This document shows, one piece after another, positions 26,435 through 35,939 of a DNA stretch of 64,000 nt; the stretch's first letter is position 1; every line of letters starts with the position of its first letter. The stretch spans positions 4,870-68,869 of the forward strand of contig LSSJ01000023.1 in assembly GCA_001595785.1 (NCBI GenBank), given 5' to 3'. Both the position numbers and the translations under genes were made by a program. The notes beneath the pieces are model-generated. The model did not search any database and was not told the DNA's origin. It worked only from the letters and a program-made list of their open reading frames with translations. The stretch is from Euryarchaeota archaeon SM23-78 (GTDB taxonomy: Archaea; Nanobdellota; Nanobdellia; Woesearchaeales; SM23-78).

Positions 26435-28093
26435 ATGAAAATAATCGATTATTTCAATCAATCTCCTGATGAACTAAGTCTTGAAAAAAGAATAAAAAAA
26501 GCTGGTTCTCTAATCCTGATGGGTTCTATGCTAATACCGGTAGGCTTAGGGGTTTTAAGCCAAGAAGTAAATGCAATGCCATACGTTCAGAAAAAACAAG
26601 AGCAAAAAATAAAAAAAGAAGACCAGAAGAAAAAGAAAAAAGATAACTGGTTCCAAAGAAGAATAAAGGCTTGGGCAGATATATTAGGAATAGAAACAGA
26701 GTACCCAAATCCAGAAACCTATATGACCAAAGAAAAGTACGAAGAGATGCAAAAACAAAAAGAACAAAGAAGAGCTGAAAGAGCAAAAAAATTAGTAATA
26801 GCAGACAAACACACTCTTAATCCTCCTGACTTTGATGTTCTTAATAGGAGAGGAAAGGTTCACCAAGAATATAGGCATGTTACTTTTGATCAATCCAAAG
26901 GAAAGAAGAACGAAATTGTTGTTGAGATTCCAGAAGGAGGAAAGATAAGACTTGTTGAGCCTCAGAAAACCCTTGATGGGTATGTGGCTGATATAATAGT
27001 ATACAAAAATGGTTTAAAACTCGGTGGAAAAGCCTTTTATGATAAATTTGACTTTGAAAGGTTTAAAGTAAAACCAGGCACCCAAGGGGATTTCAGTATT
27101 CAGCTTGAAAAAGGAGAACATGTGCCTAAAAAAGCTGGTATGAGGCTAAGATACAGGATTGTTAGAGCAGAGCCTATGCCAGAGCTTCCAGGACCAATAG
27201 ATTTAGGACCTGCAATTGATTGGCCAGAACCAGTATTTCCTGAAGAAGAGCCAAAACCCGTTTTTGCCGAGGAGAAAGAAGAGAAGAAAAAAAGTAATTC
27301 TAGGATTTATCTTGGCGTAGGTATAGAGGATATTAATGATGTGGACACTCCTACTGACCCTCAGTTCAGATTCTGGTCAGGAGAAATAGATGTTCATATG
27401 AGTCTTGATGAAAAAGCACTTGTGCACTTTAATACAATTTATAATAATCATAGTAACATATTTAATAATCTATGGAAAGAAAATATTGACATTATTAACT
27501 TAAGAGCAGGTGGAATCTATAGTGTTGCGCCCTTAGCACTTGGTGCAGAGGTTAGTTACTCCAATGTTAGTCAAAGCAACACTGATATATGGAGTGCTTT
27601 ATCACATCCTTTAATTAAATATAATAATAATGATTTGTTATTTCTGGGAAAAGCAGGTTTTGCTAGTAAGTTTGGAAAGGATGCTTTTGCTCTTCTGGCT
27701 TTGGGCGGTGCTCATAATCAGTCTCAGACCTTGGAGGATAATGTTACCTGGGCTGATTTCAAGATTCTTACTCAGAGTGACTGGAACTATGTTTATGGTG
27801 GAGAAGCCTTTATTGATCTTGGCAGGGACAGCGACAGTAGGTTTGCTTTATTCATTGGAGGTAAGCTTCTTTTCTTCCGTCCTATTGACAAGATTGCTGA
27901 GTGTAGTATTAAGCCTGAGTTAATCGATGGCACATCTTACAACTTAAAGGTGATTGGTGCTGTTAAGCTTTTTAAGAATTTTAAGCTGGGTGTTGGCGGA
28001 GTTTTTGGTAAGGATGTTTTTAATTATGTTGGTGATTATAGGGAAGAGCAAAAGCGTTCTGGTATTAAAGTGTTTGGTTTGTATAATTTTTAG
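26435..28093 (+). CDS. Signal-anchored protein with a Lys/Glu-rich linker and a C-terminal beta-barrel-like region ending in Phe
   Basis: One N-terminal TM segment. The C-terminal 260 aa or so show alternating hydrophobic beta-strand patterns (RIYLGVGIE, FRFWSGEIDVHMSL, RFALFIGGKLLFF, FKLGVGGVFG, GIKVFGLYNF-stop). Confidence 0.55.
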   Translation: MKIIDYFNQSPDELSLEKRIKKAGSLILMGSMLIPVGLGVLSQEVNAMPYVQKKQEQKIKKEDQKKKKKDNWFQRRIKAWADILGIETEYPNPETYMTKEKYEEMQKQKEQRRAERAKKLVIADKHTLNPPDFDVLNRRGKVHQEYRHVTFDQSKGKKNEIVVEIPEGGKIRLVEPQKTLDGYVADIIVYKNGLKLGGKAFYDKFDFERFKVKPGTQGDFSIQLEKGEHVPKKAGMRLRYRIVRAEPMPELPGPIDLGPAIDWPEPVFPEEEPKPVFAEEKEEKKKSNSRIYLGVGIEDINDVDTPTDPQFRFWSGEIDVHMSLDEKALVHFNTIYNNHSNIFNNLWKENIDIINLRAGGIYSVAPLALGAEVSYSNVSQSNTDIWSALSHPLIKYNNNDLLFLGKAGFASKFGKDAFALLALGGAHNQSQTLEDNVTWADFKILTQSDWNYVYGGEAFIDLGRDSDSRFALFIGGKLLFFRPIDKIAECSIKPELIDGTSYNLKVIGAVKLFKNFKLGVGGVFGKDVFNYVGDYREEQKRSGIKVFGLYNF

Positions 28094-28141
28094 TGTAAAA
28101 CAAAAAACTTTTAAATACATAACTATTTCCCAGTGGTAAAA

Positions 28142-29203
28142 ATGAAAAAGTCAATTGTTATTATTTTCATAACCTTCATAGCAGCACTTCTCAGTGTAAA
28201 CCTTATTTCAGCACAAACATGCGCTATTAGCCTAGGAGTAGGACGCCCATTACTACCAGACACTGATTGTGACGGAGTGGTAGACATAGAGGATAATTGT
28301 CCTTATATCCCTAATCCAATGCAAAGAGATGCAGAGAGAAATGGTTTGGGAGATGCTTGTGATTTATACATTGAAAGTATAAATACAAATCCTGCTGACT
28401 TTGTTTTTAATGGACGAGCCTTTAACACCATAATTACTTTGTATAACTACAGAGAGCACAACATAAGAAACCTGAAGATAAGGGTTATTATTCCAGAGCT
28501 AGGCATAGAATCAGTTAGATATGTTGATAATCTTGAGGTGTGCACAGCACAAACAGTTGAGTTCTTTTTAAGAGCACCTGTGTGTGTTCCAATGCATGAT
28601 TATAATATATTTGTTGAAGCCAGCTTTATGAACTTATTTGGCGAATTTGAGGTTATTCCGGGTGTTACAAGCATCAGAGTAGTGCCTGACCCTTACTGTC
28701 AAATGATTATTGACAACAATGAAACCATTGGCAACACCTTTATTGATGTAATGGAAATCCAGGATGTTTATAAAGGACAAGAGGCAGTTTTTCCAATAAA
28801 AATTTCTAATAGAGAATTCAATGACAAGGAATACATTTTTTCTGTCACAGGCATTGATAAGAGCTGGGGTTATGCAAGGTTTGAACCTGGCAGCTTAATC
28901 ATTGTTCCAAGTGAGAGCGAGAGAATAATGGATTTATACGTCGGTGCTTATAATGATATGGATGTTATTCCTGGGGAAAGGGTTTTTGTTGTGAGTATCC
29001 AAAGCGGAGAAGAAATTCAAAGAATTTTACTCATATCCAATGTTAAGGAGCCTGAAGTTATGGATAAGAGTTTCTTATGGTTTTTTAGTCTTAGAGTTCT
29101 CCTAATAGCTGGCTTAATAGTTTTAATATTAGTAGGTCTTATCATCGGTATAAAAAAATATGTTGATAGTGTGAAGAGCAGTGAGCCTGCTCAGTACTAC
29201 TAA
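28142..29203 (+). CDS. Secreted surface protein with a thrombospondin-type-3-like Ca-binding repeat, an Ig-like/CARDB-like body and a C-terminal TM anchor
   Basis: Signal peptide, DTDCDGVVDIEDNCPYIPNPMQRDAERNGLGDACD, C-terminal LLIAGLIVLILVGLIIGI. Confidence 0.6.
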   Translation: MKKSIVIIFITFIAALLSVNLISAQTCAISLGVGRPLLPDTDCDGVVDIEDNCPYIPNPMQRDAERNGLGDACDLYIESINTNPADFVFNGRAFNTIITLYNYREHNIRNLKIRVIIPELGIESVRYVDNLEVCTAQTVEFFLRAPVCVPMHDYNIFVEASFMNLFGEFEVIPGVTSIRVVPDPYCQMIIDNNETIGNTFIDVMEIQDVYKGQEAVFPIKISNREFNDKEYIFSVTGIDKSWGYARFEPGSLIIVPSESERIMDLYVGAYNDMDVIPGERVFVVSIQSGEEIQRILLISNVKEPEVMDKSFLWFFSLRVLLIAGLIVLILVGLIIGIKKYVDSVKSSEPAQYY

Positions 29204-29279
29204 GTTCTCTTTAACCACTCTGGAATGGTTAATAATCGAAAGCTTTATAAATTATTTGCTATTCTCTGAAGAGAATAAA

Positions 29280-29879
29280 ATGGATAAACACATAACAATA
29301 GGAATATTCATGGTGGGAATGCTGCTCTTATTAACAACTGCAGTAACCGCAGAAGTGGATACTGAAATTCTGAACACCAGCATTGATTATACTCCTTACA
29401 GAGAGATAGTTGTTGATGAGCCAGGCGTTATCTACCAGATAAGAATTGCGAATACAGGAACAAGGGAAAAGACCTATGATATTGTTCCTGATTCTGAGAT
29501 TATAAAAAACATAGGGACTTACCGAATAGATCCTTCTGATAAAATAACCCTAAAGCCTGGTGAGCAACAAACCGTTTACTTCTACCTTGCTGTTGAAAAA
29601 AAGGTTACAGGAAGAGTTGTAATTCCTGTTGATGTAAGAACAGGTTTTTCAGAAACAAGCTTTGAACTTGTAGCTAGACCAATAGGTCCGTTTCAAGAAC
29701 CAGAACAGGAAAGCACTTCCTTGCTAATAAAAGCCTTCAAGATTGTACTTATAATAATCCTAGTAATAATCATTCTGATTGCAATAATCTTTGGTTTTAG
29801 AAAAATAAGAAGAAAAGGAGAAGAGTTTGAGGAAGAACTCAAACCTGATTTTGAAGAAGATATAGAAACTTATTATTAA
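29280..29879 (+). CDS. Secreted surface protein with a C-terminal TM anchor (CARDB/S-layer-domain-like)
   Basis: Start moved to the ATG at 29280 (MDKHITIGIFMVGMLLLL), with TTTATAAAT about 35 nt upstream. C-terminal TM segment IVLIIILVIIILIAIIFGF. Confidence 0.55.
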   Translation: MDKHITIGIFMVGMLLLLTTAVTAEVDTEILNTSIDYTPYREIVVDEPGVIYQIRIANTGTREKTYDIVPDSEIIKNIGTYRIDPSDKITLKPGEQQTVYFYLAVEKKVTGRVVIPVDVRTGFSETSFELVARPIGPFQEPEQESTSLLIKAFKIVLIIILVIIILIAIIFGFRKIRRKGEEFEEELKPDFEEDIETYY

Positions 29880-29900
29880 AATATATGGGGGGAGTTTAAC

Positions 29901-32330
29901 ATGAAAAAAATCCTGGAAACAAAAACTTGCCTGATGTTACTTGTAATGCTTGTACTTCTGCTAAACCCTGTACAGGCAGCACTTATTGTTAACAAAGTAA
30001 CTGATGAGTTCTCATTAGAAAGCCCTTACCCACAAGTAAATGTAAAGGCTTGTCAGTGCAGCACAAGAACAGATATATTAGAAGTAAAGAACATAGGTGA
30101 TTTTGAAGCCCTGTTCAAAGTAGAAGTGTACTCTCCCATAAGAGACCTAATCACTCTAAGCGATGACACCTTTGAGCTTGTTCCAGGAGAAGACAACAAG
30201 GTGTATGTATATATTAATATTCCTTGTGATAAACCCTTAAACACCTATTATGTTGTAAAGGTAAGAACCAATTATGGAAGAAGCAAAGAAATTTTTAAAG
30301 AGATTGTTTCAGGCAAGTGTCAGAATATTAAGTTCACTAGCAAAGTGGTTAATGATGTAATCCTTCCAGGAAACATCGTAGTAATACAAGTGGACTTGCA
30401 GAATGTTGGTGACTTCACAGATACCTTCAGGATAACACCAGAAGCTCATCTGGAATACACTGCTCTAAGTGAAGAAGAAGTAAGCCTTGCGCCTGACCAG
30501 CAAGCAACCATCTATATCTATGTAAAGTTTCCATTATCACGTTATGGTAAGATAGACTACCCATTCATGGTTAGTTCTGAAAAAGGCAATAATCATGAGC
30601 GAGGTTTTGAGAGTTTTATTATTGAGAGAGACTATGACTTTGCAATCACAACAGAAGAGTTTAAGATTAATGCATGTGAAGAAGTAACCAAAAAAGCAGT
30701 ACTTACCTTTACCAATCTTGCACAAACCCCTAATAAATATTATCTGCGCTTAACAGCTCCTGAATTTGTGCAGCTAAGCCAAGACCAACTTGACTTAGAA
30801 GGCGGAGAAGAAGATTCAGTGGTTCTTCTTATTTCACCAACTCAAGAACAGATTGGTGAGTATGATATCTCATTAAGTGTAAGCACAGAGTACGGAGACA
30901 TGTACAAGGAAAAGAATTTCAAACTAAGAGTTAATGATTGCTTTGATTCAAAAGTCACACTTGAAGGATGGGAAGGCCAGATTACTGACAAGGACTGCTG
31001 TGGAGAAAAATACTATACCTTAAACATCAGGAATGATGGTTTATACGAAGAAGCCTATGAGATAATCACTGACAGTCCTGGCTGGATTAGAGTAATGGAA
31101 GAGAACCGCTTTGTAAGACTAAGGCCAAGCCAGAATGTTAATATTCCTGTAATAGCCAACTTCCCATGTGTTGATGCACAACAAACTTCCTATATAATTG
31201 TAAAGCAGCAAAGACCTCCTTACCAAACTCATGAGATAAGAGTAGATCTGGAGAGTCTGAGCCAGAGGAGTTGCTATAATGTTGACCTCTTACATGACAA
31301 GTACAGGATTAACTATGATACTGCAAGCATACCAATGCTCTTGCAAAATACAGGTCTAAGAGGAGGTACTTATAAATTAGAACTAGGAGAACTAGAATCA
31401 AGGTTTGTCTACTTAGATGAGGAAACCATGGAGTTTGAACCAGGAGAAACCAAAGTCGTCCATGTGTACCCAATGGATTATGCTGATTACAAGCAAGGAA
31501 CCTATCTTAACAGGTTAAGCTTAACCATAAGCCTTGTACAAGAAGAAGAAGAGCTTGACATTAATTACCACAGACAGTTCTGGATTGTGTTAAAAGACAA
31601 GAACTTCATTGTGAAAGCCATTGATTACATAAGCAACTTTAATTACTCAAGGATTGGTTTGTGCGGACTTGTTACATTAATCATAGCAGGACTTGCATGC
31701 ATAATGCTAATAATTGTGCTTGTGCTAAGATTCAAGCCAAACTTAAAGATTAGGAGGATAAAAGCAAGCAAGATAAGAGTGATAAAGATTGTTAACATAA
31801 TCTTAATCTTCCTCTTAATAATAAGCATACTAGCAATAATCCTTATAGGCAACCCTGATACCACCAGATTTTATGAGGAGCCTGCCCCTCTTGAGAATAA
31901 AACTGCTCTACTGCATGAGTGGAGGATGAACACACCTTATCAGATCAACCTAGACCAGTACTTCACAGACCCTGACCTGGATGTGCTTAGCTATACAGCA
32001 AGCCAGCCTTATCACATACACGTAAGCATAGAAGGAAACATGGCAACCCTTAGACCAGAGCATAACTGGGCAGGAACAGAAAGAATAGTGTTCACAGCCA
32101 ATGATAATAAAGGAGGAGTAACAGACAGTCCAATAATGACTTTAAGAGTGCTTAACAAAAGACCGGTTGGAATCCTAGGCTACTGGAACGCTTACTGCAC
32201 ACACATAAACATTGTGCTATTAATAGTGTTAATCTTACTTGTATTGCTCTTCTTTGATATTATCGAGGAGAAAGGCTATCATTATTATAGACCTAAGACC
32301 AGGCCTAGAAGAAGGAAAAAGAAAAGGTAA
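29901..32330 (+). CDS. Large multi-domain surface protein (repeated Ig-like/CARDB-like modules, three TM segments, cadherin-like module)
   Basis: Signal peptide, repeated motifs of the form ...NTG....Y.L, TM segments near residues 585-610, 625-650 and 775-795, and FTANDNKGGVTDSPI. Confidence 0.6.
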   Translation: MKKILETKTCLMLLVMLVLLLNPVQAALIVNKVTDEFSLESPYPQVNVKACQCSTRTDILEVKNIGDFEALFKVEVYSPIRDLITLSDDTFELVPGEDNKVYVYINIPCDKPLNTYYVVKVRTNYGRSKEIFKEIVSGKCQNIKFTSKVVNDVILPGNIVVIQVDLQNVGDFTDTFRITPEAHLEYTALSEEEVSLAPDQQATIYIYVKFPLSRYGKIDYPFMVSSEKGNNHERGFESFIIERDYDFAITTEEFKINACEEVTKKAVLTFTNLAQTPNKYYLRLTAPEFVQLSQDQLDLEGGEEDSVVLLISPTQEQIGEYDISLSVSTEYGDMYKEKNFKLRVNDCFDSKVTLEGWEGQITDKDCCGEKYYTLNIRNDGLYEEAYEIITDSPGWIRVMEENRFVRLRPSQNVNIPVIANFPCVDAQQTSYIIVKQQRPPYQTHEIRVDLESLSQRSCYNVDLLHDKYRINYDTASIPMLLQNTGLRGGTYKLELGELESRFVYLDEETMEFEPGETKVVHVYPMDYADYKQGTYLNRLSLTISLVQEEEELDINYHRQFWIVLKDKNFIVKAIDYISNFNYSRIGLCGLVTLIIAGLACIMLIIVLVLRFKPNLKIRRIKASKIRVIKIVNIILIFLLIISILAIILIGNPDTTRFYEEPAPLENKTALLHEWRMNTPYQINLDQYFTDPDLDVLSYTASQPYHIHVSIEGNMATLRPEHNWAGTERIVFTANDNKGGVTDSPIMTLRVLNKRPVGILGYWNAYCTHINIVLLIVLILLVLLFFDIIEEKGYHYYRPKTRPRRRKKKR

Positions 32331-32365
32331 AATATTTATTTCTTATTTTATTACCACTTCAGCAT

Positions 32366-32959
32366 ATGAGGAAAACAACAATGGAAAAAGAATACTTTAA
32401 AAAATTGGTTCAGAAGAGTAAAAGAAATGCAAGGAATAAATTAATAATTAATGCTAACTCAGAATCTGAAGATAAAAAAACTTTGGAACAAGCAGTAGAT
32501 TTATTTTTTAAGAGATATGACTTAATAGAAATCCCTGACAAACCCATAATTAATTATGTGGTGAGTAAGAAAGAGCTAAAAAAAGAAGAAGTAGACAGAT
32601 ATAGGAAAAGGCACACAAAACTTTTTTTCATAACACCAGACTTCCTTGAAATGATAGAGAGGGAAGGAATAATAGATGTAGTACAAATACAACCCGGGAG
32701 TGGTTTTCAACTCCGTTTAGGAAGAAAAAAATACAATTTATTAGATTTCTCCTTAAAGATAAAAGGATTTAAACCCACAGATACTAGCAAAGCAATAATA
32801 AGATGGTCTCCTTATGAAAATAAAAAAACTGAAAAAATGATTTCATGGCATCCTGAGGATATGATTATGTGTAAAGACGGGAGTTCGGTTTATCTAGGAT
32901 TACACCAGCATGATTTAACAGAAAAAATTCTGAATACATATGAAATTGTTCTTGGTTAA
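32366..32959 (+). CDS. Hypothetical protein (197 aa)
   Basis: Track ORF; no motif recognised. Confidence 0.45.
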   Translation: MRKTTMEKEYFKKLVQKSKRNARNKLIINANSESEDKKTLEQAVDLFFKRYDLIEIPDKPIINYVVSKKELKKEEVDRYRKRHTKLFFITPDFLEMIEREGIIDVVQIQPGSGFQLRLGRKKYNLLDFSLKIKGFKPTDTSKAIIRWSPYENKKTEKMISWHPEDMIMCKDGSSVYLGLHQHDLTEKILNTYEIVLG

Positions 32960-33213
32960 GAAAAAATCTCAATAAAAACATGCTTGGCCATGTCTTCTTT
33001 TCTCTTAATATTCCTTATTTTTCTTGCAAGAGTGGAGAGTTCAAAAACATCTTTAATCCAATCATGAAAATCATTCTTATATTCATCCACATGATGAGCA
33101 AAAGTCTCAGGACTCATATTTCTTAAAGCCTCAGGTAATTCCCCTAAGTGCTTGATAACAGTACCGTCTTTAGTATAGAAGTACTTCTCCACAGGAATAT
33201 TAACTATTTGCAT
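32956..33213 (-). CDS. Hypothetical small protein (85 aa)
   Basis: Track ORF with a 4-nt convergent overlap; no motif assigned. Confidence 0.4.
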   Translation of the reverse strand: MQIVNIPVEKYFYTKDGTVIKHLGELPEALRNMSPETFAHHVDEYKNDFHDWIKDVFELSTLARKIRNIKRKEDMAKHVFIEIFS

Positions 33214-33261
33214 GCAACAATTCTCTGGAAAGGAGGTTTATATAGTTTTCTGTTTGGAGAA

Positions 33262-33600
33262 TTAGTCATCATCATATAACCACTTATTGATTAAGTAAGT
33301 TGGAACTCTTTCTGAGGCATAAATATTTAATTTTGATAATGCAGCTTCATCAATGGACTCATCCCCTTTAGGTATTTTGAAAGTTGCTTCATGGGAACAA
33401 AAGGGATCTTTGGTCATCTTGGCTATAGCCTCTGCTCGATTCTCACCTGGCATTAAAAAGACAGGATAGTAATCATCATCACTTGGAGGAACACGGGCAG
33501 GAGTAAGATAGTAAACATCCAGTCCAATTAGGAGTTCAACAGCTCCTTTTTCACAGCCTTGTTTGATCCATTCCACCATAACCTTACTTGATAATGTCAT
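33262..33600 (-). CDS. Hypothetical protein (112 aa)
   Basis: Track ORF; no motif recognised. Confidence 0.4.
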   Translation of the reverse strand: MTLSSKVMVEWIKQGCEKGAVELLIGLDVYYLTPARVPPSDDDYYPVFLMPGENRAEAIAKMTKDPFCSHEATFKIPKGDESIDEAALSKLNIYASERVPTYLINKWLYDDD

Positions 33601-33732
33601 GAAAAAACTGTAAACATGTTCTAATTATTAATATTATGAACTCAAAATATAGAAATGAAATAAGGATTTTAGCAGGCTTAAACCTTTTTAATAGCAACCT
33701 TTAAAAACACTCTTTCTCCCCTATTAGAGTGC

Positions 33733-33924
33733 GGGGACGTAGTATAACCTGGCTAGAAGGCTTTAGGCTATTAAGCCTGGTCATAATGGATGGCTCCAGT
33801 TTTGGAGCGATGAGACGAAAGTCAATGATTAAACCATTGGTGCGTCGTTCTGAGGAAGGCACCATCAGATCTGGGCAGGTGTGCAAGAGCAGACACCTCA
33901 GGATTTCGAATCCCAGCGTCCCCA
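33733..33924 (+). tRNA. tRNA-Trp(CCA) with a 61-nt canonical intron plus probable D-loop (about 28 nt) and T-arm (29 nt) introns
   Basis: Acceptor GGGGACG/CGTCCCC. Anticodon stem GATGG (33789-93)/CCATC (33862-66), loop CTCCAG[intron 33800-33860]A. T stem CTGGG (33871-75)/CCCAG (33912-16), with TTCGAAT only after removing 33876-33904. The D-arm boundary is uncertain. Confidence 0.75.
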
Positions 33925-33933
33925 TAACTGCTC

Positions 33934-34575
33934 TTATTTTTTCATCTTTAGATATCTTTTAACATGCTTTAGGTTCTTAGGAGAAAACAGTTGAAAAAAC
34001 CTGCGAATTTCAGATTGACGACAGAGATAAAATTTCCAAGAAAAATTATTCTTGTTACTTTCTCTTTGAATTCTTGAAGGATGAAAACCCAATTGAACTA
34101 ACAATTTATAAACTGAAGAAAGCGTTTCTTCACAAGCTAATTTAAATTGAACTTGAAGAAAATTATCATATTTACGATAAACACAGCCGTCTGTATCAAA
34201 AAATCCTCTTAAAAATCGAATAATGCTTATGTTTTCTTGATAAATCCAAAAAGGAAGGGTTATTTTATTCTTTATTTTATTTCCTACACAAATACCAACA
34301 GCTTCTAATTGTTTTCCCACAAAAACAGAGGTGTTTCTAAGCAATAATTCATCTTTAGTTTCAGTAATACAGAACTTATATCCATCAAAGTAATTCTCAA
34401 AAAGGTTTTTTACATAAACTAAATAATCCTTCTCATCTTTATTAAATGAAATAACAGTTTGGTATTTGTTTAATCTGTCAAGATATAAACATCCATCCCC
34501 CATCATAATGCCGACTATTTCTGCGAGTTCTGGAGTTAATTTTGGTTTCATCTCACCTTTAGTTGATGGAAGCAT
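33934..34575 (-). CDS. Free-standing double-motif LAGLIDADG homing-endonuclease-like protein
   Basis: The two motifs are IVGIMMGDGCLYL and FLRGFFDTDGCVY. TTATAAAT lies about 30 nt upstream of the ATG. Confidence 0.75.
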   Translation of the reverse strand: MLPSTKGEMKPKLTPELAEIVGIMMGDGCLYLDRLNKYQTVISFNKDEKDYLVYVKNLFENYFDGYKFCITETKDELLLRNTSVFVGKQLEAVGICVGNKIKNKITLPFWIYQENISIIRFLRGFFDTDGCVYRKYDNFLQVQFKLACEETLSSVYKLLVQLGFHPSRIQRESNKNNFSWKFYLCRQSEIRRFFQLFSPKNLKHVKRYLKMKK

Positions 34576-34690
34576 AAATTAACGAGAGAACGAGCATTTA
34601 TAAGGCTCACGGAGAAATGTCCAGTGAGAAATAAAGTAATTTAGCAACAGTTTTATATAGTTAATATCTTAAAATAAATTATGTACCAAA

Positions 34691-35221
34691 ATGAAGAAAA
34701 AAATATCTACTTTATCAATAGTGAGTCTTATCATTATTCTTTTAGTTATATGTAGTGTTGGCATTCTCTCTGTTCACTATAGTAATCCTATAAATATAGG
34801 TTATCACATACCCTCAAGATGTAACGTAGCTCCCCCAAAACTTCTTTGTGAGTCCTTTTATGTTTTAGATAATGGTATAGTTCAAGCAATTTTGAAAAAT
34901 AGATTGAACCAAACAATTGAATCTTTAACTGTGATAGGTTATACAACTTCTGAAGGTCATATCAAAGGAAACTGTACAATTTCTAACAGTAATATACCTC
35001 CAAAATTTACAACAAAGCTTTTATGTAAGTTTGATCCTGATGAAATAGTAGAAGTTGGATATGCCATAAGATTTGATATAAATTTAACATATGCAATAGA
35101 AAAGAATGTATCTAAATCTCTTTTAAAATTGGATATTTTCACACGAGTACAAAAAAGGCCAAAAAATATATTTAGTAAGTTAATACTCTTTTTATTGAAT
35201 ATTCTTCAGAAAAGTATATAA
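34691..35221 (+). CDS. Secreted or membrane-anchored hypothetical protein (176 aa)
   Basis: N-terminal hydrophobic segment LSIVSLIIILLVICSVGIL. Confidence 0.45.
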   Translation: MKKKISTLSIVSLIIILLVICSVGILSVHYSNPINIGYHIPSRCNVAPPKLLCESFYVLDNGIVQAILKNRLNQTIESLTVIGYTTSEGHIKGNCTISNSNIPPKFTTKLLCKFDPDEIVEVGYAIRFDINLTYAIEKNVSKSLLKLDIFTRVQKRPKNIFSKLILFLLNILQKSI

Positions 35222-35258
35222 ATAACTCCTATCTATTGCTTAAATATAACACTCAAGG

Positions 35259-35888
35259 GTGGTTAAGATAGCAAAAAAGGATTTTCATAAGGATTTAGGG
35301 AGTTATATTGAGAAAAGAAGGTCAAGAGAGCGCGAAGCTGGAAAAGGTATACGAGTCAGGATACCTCTTAGAAAAAGAAGGTATGATGAGGAAATCCCTG
35401 ATATAAGCCCCACAGAGGTTCATGTTGAGTACAAAAAGCCAGGATTCCTAAAAAGACTTTTCACTTTTAGAAAAGGATTAATAGATGAAGCTGAAAGAAC
35501 AGAAGACTTAACTCCTGAGGAAATGGCTAAATTAAAATCAATGGAGGATGATATAGAGGAGACTGAAAAAGAGATTATTGAGGCAGAGGAAGAGATTGGG
35601 GAGTTAAAAGATGAGGAAGCAGAGCTTATAGAAAGAAGAGAAGGCTTGTTAACCAAGTTCTTTGGCAAACTAAATGTTTTTAAGAGAAAACCTATGGATA
35701 CTGTTATGATAAATGCAGAGAACTATGAGGAGCCTGCGCTTGACGAAGATGTTGTGGAAGTATTAAAAATAACTCATAAATGGATAGAGCAGTTAACACC
35801 CGCAAAGAAGCGAAGCTTTAAAGCCAGTAAGGACTTTCAGAAGTACAAAGACATCCTGGATAAGTATGGATTGATTAAGAAGAAGTAA
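35259..35888 (+). CDS. Acidic coiled-coil hypothetical protein
   Basis: Track ORF (GTG start) with Glu-rich heptad-like stretches. Confidence 0.45.
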   Translation: MVKIAKKDFHKDLGSYIEKRRSREREAGKGIRVRIPLRKRRYDEEIPDISPTEVHVEYKKPGFLKRLFTFRKGLIDEAERTEDLTPEEMAKLKSMEDDIEETEKEIIEAEEEIGELKDEEAELIERREGLLTKFFGKLNVFKRKPMDTVMINAENYEEPALDEDVVEVLKITHKWIEQLTPAKKRSFKASKDFQKYKDILDKYGLIKKK

Positions 35889-35939
35889 GCCTCGCCGGCG
35901 AATAAGGCGCTTGTAATTTCTGTTTTTATTTCAAAGAAG

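Noticed and set aside
33701-33962. Track ORFs 33701-33925(-) and 33729-33962(+)
   Set aside because: They cover the tRNA-Trp gene and its introns, and the GC-rich RNA sequence creates spurious open frames.
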